Assembly (NCBI GenBank): GCA_036337435.1
Contig: JAYZEG010000062.1
Span: 64,001 to 128,000, forward strand
Length of the DNA stretch: 64,000 bases
Origin: Myxococcota bacterium
GTDB taxonomy: Bacteria > Myxococcota_A > Bradymonadia > UBA7976 > UBA1532
Reading direction: 5' to 3'
The notes beneath the pieces were generated by a model. It saw only the letters and a program-made list of their open reading frames with translations. It searched no databases and had not been told where the DNA came from. The translations under genes and the position numbers were made by a program. Below, in pieces: positions 59,864 through 64,000 of the stretch (its first letter is position 1; every line of letters begins with the position of its first letter).

Positions 59864-62124
59864 TGGCGGAGTTAACACCCGAACTGCAAATCGCGATCCG
59901 AACGGCACTGGACGAAGCTCAGCACAGACATCATGAATTTGCTGGCACGGAACACCTATTGTTGGCGCTCCTGTGCGACACTGTATCCGCGCGAGCAGTT
60001 CGCCGTTGCGGTGGCAGTGTTGATTGGCTCAAAAATGAGCTGGAGCAGTTCCTTGCTGAGAGCATACCAAGACTGCCTGCTCACATGGATGTTGAGGCTG
60101 CTGCCTCCGTTGGATTCCATGCCGCCATACAGCGGGCGGTCATTAACGCACAAACCTCTGAGAGAGAGCTCGTCGCAGGCCCTCATGTGCTGATCGCCAT
60201 GTACGCTTTAGAAGATTGTCATGCCGTCTATCTGCTCAAATCCCAAGGTATCACGCGCATCGCACTCATGGAGTATGTCTCCCACGGAGGCGGTGATGGC
60301 GATTACGAATCTCAAGATTCGTCTGTCGGTGGGGGTATGTTCGCTGTCGACGGTGAAGAAAATTCCGATACCTTGGAGCCTGAACAGGCTCTTGAGAAAT
60401 TTACGGTTAATTTGAATGAAGAAGCATCGGAGGGTCGAATCGATCCGATGATTGGTCGTGGTGACGAGTTAGAACGCTGTGTCCATGTCCTCAGTCGAAG
60501 ACGTAAAAATAACCCGATTTTTGTCGGTGAGGCTGGTGTTGGTAAGACGGCAATTGTTGAAGGACTCGCTCGTTCGATTGAAAACGGGTCGGTACCCGAC
60601 GCGCTCCAGGGAGCGACGGTCTATTCACTCGACGTCGGTGCTCTCATTGCGGGCACCCGGTATCGAGGTGACTTCGAAAATCGAATGAAAGCGGTCGTGA
60701 AGCAGCTGGAATCGATGCCCGATGCTGTTTTATTTGTCGATGAAATCCACACGCTGATTGGGGCGGGTGCCGCGAGTGGTGGTGCCATGGATGCATCGAG
60801 TATTCTAAAGCCCCTCCTGGCGCGTGGTAAAATCCGATGTGTGGGTGCCACCACTTGGCGCGAATATCGAAATATTTTCGAACGCGACCAAGCGCTGGCG
60901 CGCCGCTTTCAAAAAATCGAAGTAGGCGAACCGTCCATCGAAGAAACCGAAGCCATTCTCAAGGGATTAAAACCCGAATATGAAGCGTATCACGGTGTGA
61001 AATTCGATGATGAGGCCCTGAAAGAAGCAGCGGTGCTTGCCGGCCGCTACCTAAACGATCGCTTTCTTCCCGATAAAGCCATCGATATCATCGATGAAGC
61101 GGCAGCCTCGGTGAAGTTGGCGACTCGTAAGGCCGTGACTGTTGAAGACATCGAAAATACCATTGCGCGAATGGCAAGCATTCCTGCGAAATCGGTCGCA
61201 GGCGATGATCGGCAGCGTTTGGCCGAACTCGAGAGTGCCCTTGCCGGGTCAATCTATGGTCAAGACGAGGCGGTTAAACAACTGGCCTCGGCGGTCAAAA
61301 TGGGTCGGTCAGGCCTCGCGCATCCTGACAAACCCATCGGATCTTTTCTGTTCACCGGTCCCACAGGCGTCGGTAAAACCGAGGTCTGTCGGCAGTTGGC
61401 CCGAATACTGAATCTCGAACTGATTCGGTTTGATATGAGTGAATATATGGAGCGACATACGGTCAGCCGCTTAATCGGTGCACCGCCGGGTTACGTCGGC
61501 TACGACCAAGGTGGTTTACTCACTGACGCTGTGGCGAAGACACCCCACGCGGTGCTCTTGCTCGATGAGATTGAAAAGGCCCACCCAGACGTCTTCAACC
61601 TACTTCTGCAGGTTATGGATCACGGGTCTTTGACCGATAACAATGGGAAGAAAACCGATTTTCGGAACGTCATTGTAATCATGACCAGTAACATCGGTGC
61701 GCGCGACCTTCAGCGTAATCGGCCCGGGTTCTCCGCCGACCTGGATGAGCTCAAAGGTGATGATGATCCGGCGTACAAACGGCTATTCAGCCCCGAGTTT
61801 CGAAATCGTCTCGATGCGCGCATTCGATTCGAGCCCTTGAAACCCGATGTCATGCGTTTGATCGCCCGAAAATTCATCGATGAATTGGCTGAACAATTGG
61901 CGGATCGAAACGTGACACTCACCTGCAGTGAGGCGGCTATCGACCGCCTCATGGAGCTCGGTTTCGATGCCCAGAATGGGGCGCGTCCCATGACACGGGC
62001 CATCCGAGACCATATTCGGCAACCCCTTGCCGACGAACTTCTCTTTGGTCAGCTCGCTGATGGCGGTAACCTTGCCATCGATGTCAGAGACGGGGATTTT
62101 GTCTTCGAGTTTCCGGATAAATAA
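59863..62124 (+). CDS. clpA: ATP-dependent Clp protease ATP-binding subunit ClpA
   Basis: Clp N-domain, two AAA+ modules ([16 protein letters not shown]), no middle coiled coil, [11 protein letters not shown]; located after clpS. Confidence 0.95.
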   Translation: MAELTPELQIAIRTALDEAQHRHHEFAGTEHLLLALLCDTVSARAVRRCGGSVDWLKNELEQFLAESIPRLPAHMDVEAAASVGFHAAIQRAVINAQTSERELVAGPHVLIAMYALEDCHAVYLLKSQGITRIALMEYVSHGGGDGDYESQDSSVGGGMFAVDGEENSDTLEPEQALEKFTVNLNEEASEGRIDPMIGRGDELERCVHVLSRRRKNNPIFVGEAGVGKTAIVEGLARSIENGSVPDALQGATVYSLDVGALIAGTRYRGDFENRMKAVVKQLESMPDAVLFVDEIHTLIGAGAASGGAMDASSILKPLLARGKIRCVGATTWREYRNIFERDQALARRFQKIEVGEPSIEETEAILKGLKPEYEAYHGVKFDDEALKEAAVLAGRYLNDRFLPDKAIDIIDEAAASVKLATRKAVTVEDIENTIARMASIPAKSVAGDDRQRLAELESALAGSIYGQDEAVKQLASAVKMGRSGLAHPDKPIGSFLFTGPTGVGKTEVCRQLARILNLELIRFDMSEYMERHTVSRLIGAPPGYVGYDQGGLLTDAVAKTPHAVLLLDEIEKAHPDVFNLLLQVMDHGSLTDNNGKKTDFRNVIVIMTSNIGARDLQRNRPGFSADLDELKGDDDPAYKRLFSPEFRNRLDARIRFEPLKPDVMRLIARKFIDELAEQLADRNVTLTCSEAAIDRLMELGFDAQNGARPMTRAIRDHIRQPLADELLFGQLADGGNLAIDVRDGDFVFEFPDK

Positions 62125-62155
62125 AGGCCAATTTGAGTGGGCCACCGGCACACGT

Positions 62156-62893
62156 TTACGTGGTCTGCGATTCTTGGGTCAATTGGAGAAAGACCTCCTC
62201 CAAGCGTTGGCCCTGTGTTCCTGTTCGTTGCCGCAGCTCATCCGTCGTGCCGCTGGCGACTAATTGGCCATGGTTGATCACGGCGACTCGGTCGCAGACT
62301 TCGTCAGCCACGTCAAGCGTATGGGTGCTCAGCAGTACAGTCATACCATTTTCATGGGCCTGATTTTGTAATACGTCCTTCAACAGCCTCGCCCCCTTCG
62401 GGTCGAGGCCGACCATGGGTTCGTCGACCACCATAAGGCGAGGTTCATGAAGAAGGACGGATGCCATGACAAGGCGTTGTTTCATCCCGTGGCTAAAACT
62501 CTCAACCAGTTTATGGCGGACATGTCCCAATCCAAAGAGCTCGATGAGTTCCTTTGCTTTTTTTCGTCCATGAATTGCCTCGATTCCGTAAAGCCCAGCT
62601 ATAAAATACATGTACTCTTCGGCTGTGAGTTTTTCATACAGGTGAGGTCTATCCGGCACATAACCGATTCGTTTCTTTACTTCGATCGGTGATTTGACGA
62701 CGTCGAAACCGTCAACTGTAATCGTGCCTTCAGTGGGTCGAATTAAACCACAGATCATTTTCATAGTTGTTGTTTTACCGGCTCCATTGGGACCGAGAAA
62801 ACCAAAAATAGTGCCCCCATCCACGTCTAGATCGAGTTCTCGAACAGCGATGAAATCTCCGTATCGCCGAGTGACATTCCGTATGTTTAGCAT
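62156..62893 (-). CDS. ABC transporter ATP-binding protein (exporter type)
   Basis: GPNGAGKTT, FSHGMKQRL, VVDEPMVGLDP. Confidence 0.92.
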   Translation of the reverse strand: MLNIRNVTRRYGDFIAVRELDLDVDGGTIFGFLGPNGAGKTTTMKMICGLIRPTEGTITVDGFDVVKSPIEVKKRIGYVPDRPHLYEKLTAEEYMYFIAGLYGIEAIHGRKKAKELIELFGLGHVRHKLVESFSHGMKQRLVMASVLLHEPRLMVVDEPMVGLDPKGARLLKDVLQNQAHENGMTVLLSTHTLDVADEVCDRVAVINHGQLVASGTTDELRQRTGTQGQRLEEVFLQLTQESQTT

Positions 62894-64000
62894 GGCAAAG
62901 CCTTCTTGATGGCATCTGCTAGCACTATGTAATCATCTGAATCATTGTGTAAAGCCGCAGAGATTCTAAGTAGGCGATCCGATGAATTAGGCCAAGGGAT
63001 GACTGGCACCTCAATGCCAAATTGCTCGAGTAGTGTCCGTTGGTACTCGGTCCCGAATAGGGGAGATATAGGTCGCGTTGAACTGGGTAGTCGAACTGCA
63101 GCCAAATGCCCGATCATGGAGTCAGGGACTGGTTTTTCTAGACCAAGCGTAGTCGACAAAAGTTCCTGAGCTTCCAAGGCGAGCATCCGGTTCCTACACC
63201 TGATGACGTCCCAGCCGCCGTCGACCATGTCGTCCAAAACGTCGATTGCTTTGGGCACCGATAACCAAGCCGTCGGATCATGTGTACCGATCCAGTCGAA
63301 CTCAAGGTGATGCCATGGGCGGCCCAAGTCGTCGGCGTTGAGTCCGAAACCGTGGCTGATGACGGCTGGTCGTGTCGTCGATTGAACGTCCTCGCGTATC
63401 CACATGAATGCAGCCCCTTTCGGTGCGCAGACCCACTTGTGCAAATTGCCAACGTACCAAGAGGCAGCGAGGTCGCCTATTGATAGGTCAAGCATGCCTG
63501 GTCCATGAGCACCATCGACCAAGACTCGAACGCCGGATGCCTCGAGCATCTCCGAGAGCTGCTCGACGGGCAAAACAAGGCCTGTTGGGCTGGTGACATG
63601 GTCGAGAATGGCCAGACGCGTTTTTGAACTGATGGAGTCTAGGATGGTCTCAATGACAGTCGTTGGGTTGATTCCTTCGAAGCCAAATTCAGCGGTCACG
63701 ACCTGGGCGCCTGTTTTTTGCGCCACGAAGTCGACGATATTTTTGCAAGCATTATACCCGTGATTGGTCACCAGAATTTCATCACCTGGTTTTAATCCAA
63801 AACTTCTGATGATGGCATTGACCCCTTCTGTCGTGTTTCGGATGAAAACCAGATCCCGAGGACGGGCCTGGATGAAGGCTGCAAGTCTGGCTCTGGCTTC
63901 ATCTATACGGTCGTAGATGTCGCGCATGAAGAATTGAACGGGTTGCTCTTCAATGGTTTGTCTGAGCGTCTGTTGATAGTCCAAGACATCCTTGGGACAT
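62887..64000 (-). CDS. PLP-dependent aminotransferase class V (isopenicillin N epimerase/cysteine desulfhydrase-like), 5' partial
   Basis: The frame is open to the window edge (..CPKDVLDYQ). Motifs DHVTSPTG, VDGAHGPG, PLP-Lys in GNLHKWVCAPKG, ISHG. Confidence 0.88.
   Translation of the reverse strand, partial: CPKDVLDYQQTLRQTIEEQPVQFFMRDIYDRIDEARARLAAFIQARPRDLVFIRNTTEGVNAIIRSFGLKPGDEILVTNHGYNACKNIVDFVAQKTGAQVVTAEFGFEGINPTTVIETILDSISSKTRLAILDHVTSPTGLVLPVEQLSEMLEASGVRVLVDGAHGPGMLDLSIGDLAASWYVGNLHKWVCAPKGAAFMWIREDVQSTTRPAVISHGFGLNADDLGRPWHHLEFDWIGTHDPTAWLSVPKAIDVLDDMVDGGWDVIRCRNRMLALEAQELLSTTLGLEKPVPDSMIGHLAAVRLPSSTRPISPLFGTEYQRTLLEQFGIEVPVIPWPNSSDRLLRISAALHNDSDDYIVLADAIKKALPC

Noticed and set aside
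1..64000. CRISPR arrays, tRNA/rRNA genes, IS elements or prophage
   Set aside because: I found no regularly spaced repeats, cloverleaf-like sequences, transposase, integrase or phage structural genes by inspection.

Overview
This is a gene-dense, roughly 52% GC (by eye) bacterial chromosomal segment. The gene content (Cys-rich lipoproteins, glyQS-type GlyRS, long NrdJ, TamA/TamB, clpS-clpA) suggests a Myxococcota/Deltaproteobacteria-like organism, which is an inference. I recognised no rRNA, tRNA, CRISPR array, integrase or transposase. The left 17 kb is a minus-strand block: Cys-rich lipoprotein, acidic lipoprotein, a Vibrio-TonB2/3-like DUF3450-TtpC-ExbB-ExbD-TonB-TPR module, a TonB-dependent receptor, then DUF58-transglutaminase-MoxR and a TPR-like protein. 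Pho-box-like 11-bp direct repeats lie upstream of the block. The rest mixes housekeeping genes (gltX, nrdJ with tandem NrdR boxes, glyQS, dapAB, add, msrB, rseP, clpSA) with unusual proteins. These include a cNMP-binding/T2SSE_N/PilT fusion, a PAP2(IPC-synthase-like)/membrane/spermidine-synthase-fold fusion, a Schlafen(AlbA_2) protein beside GlyRS, a small stand-alone GyrA-N-terminus-like protein, an octaheme cytochrome, a Cys-repeat secreted protein, a tandem MlaF-like ATPase and an unannotated 34-aa membrane peptide with its own promoter. All family calls come from motif recognition by eye, and no searches were run.
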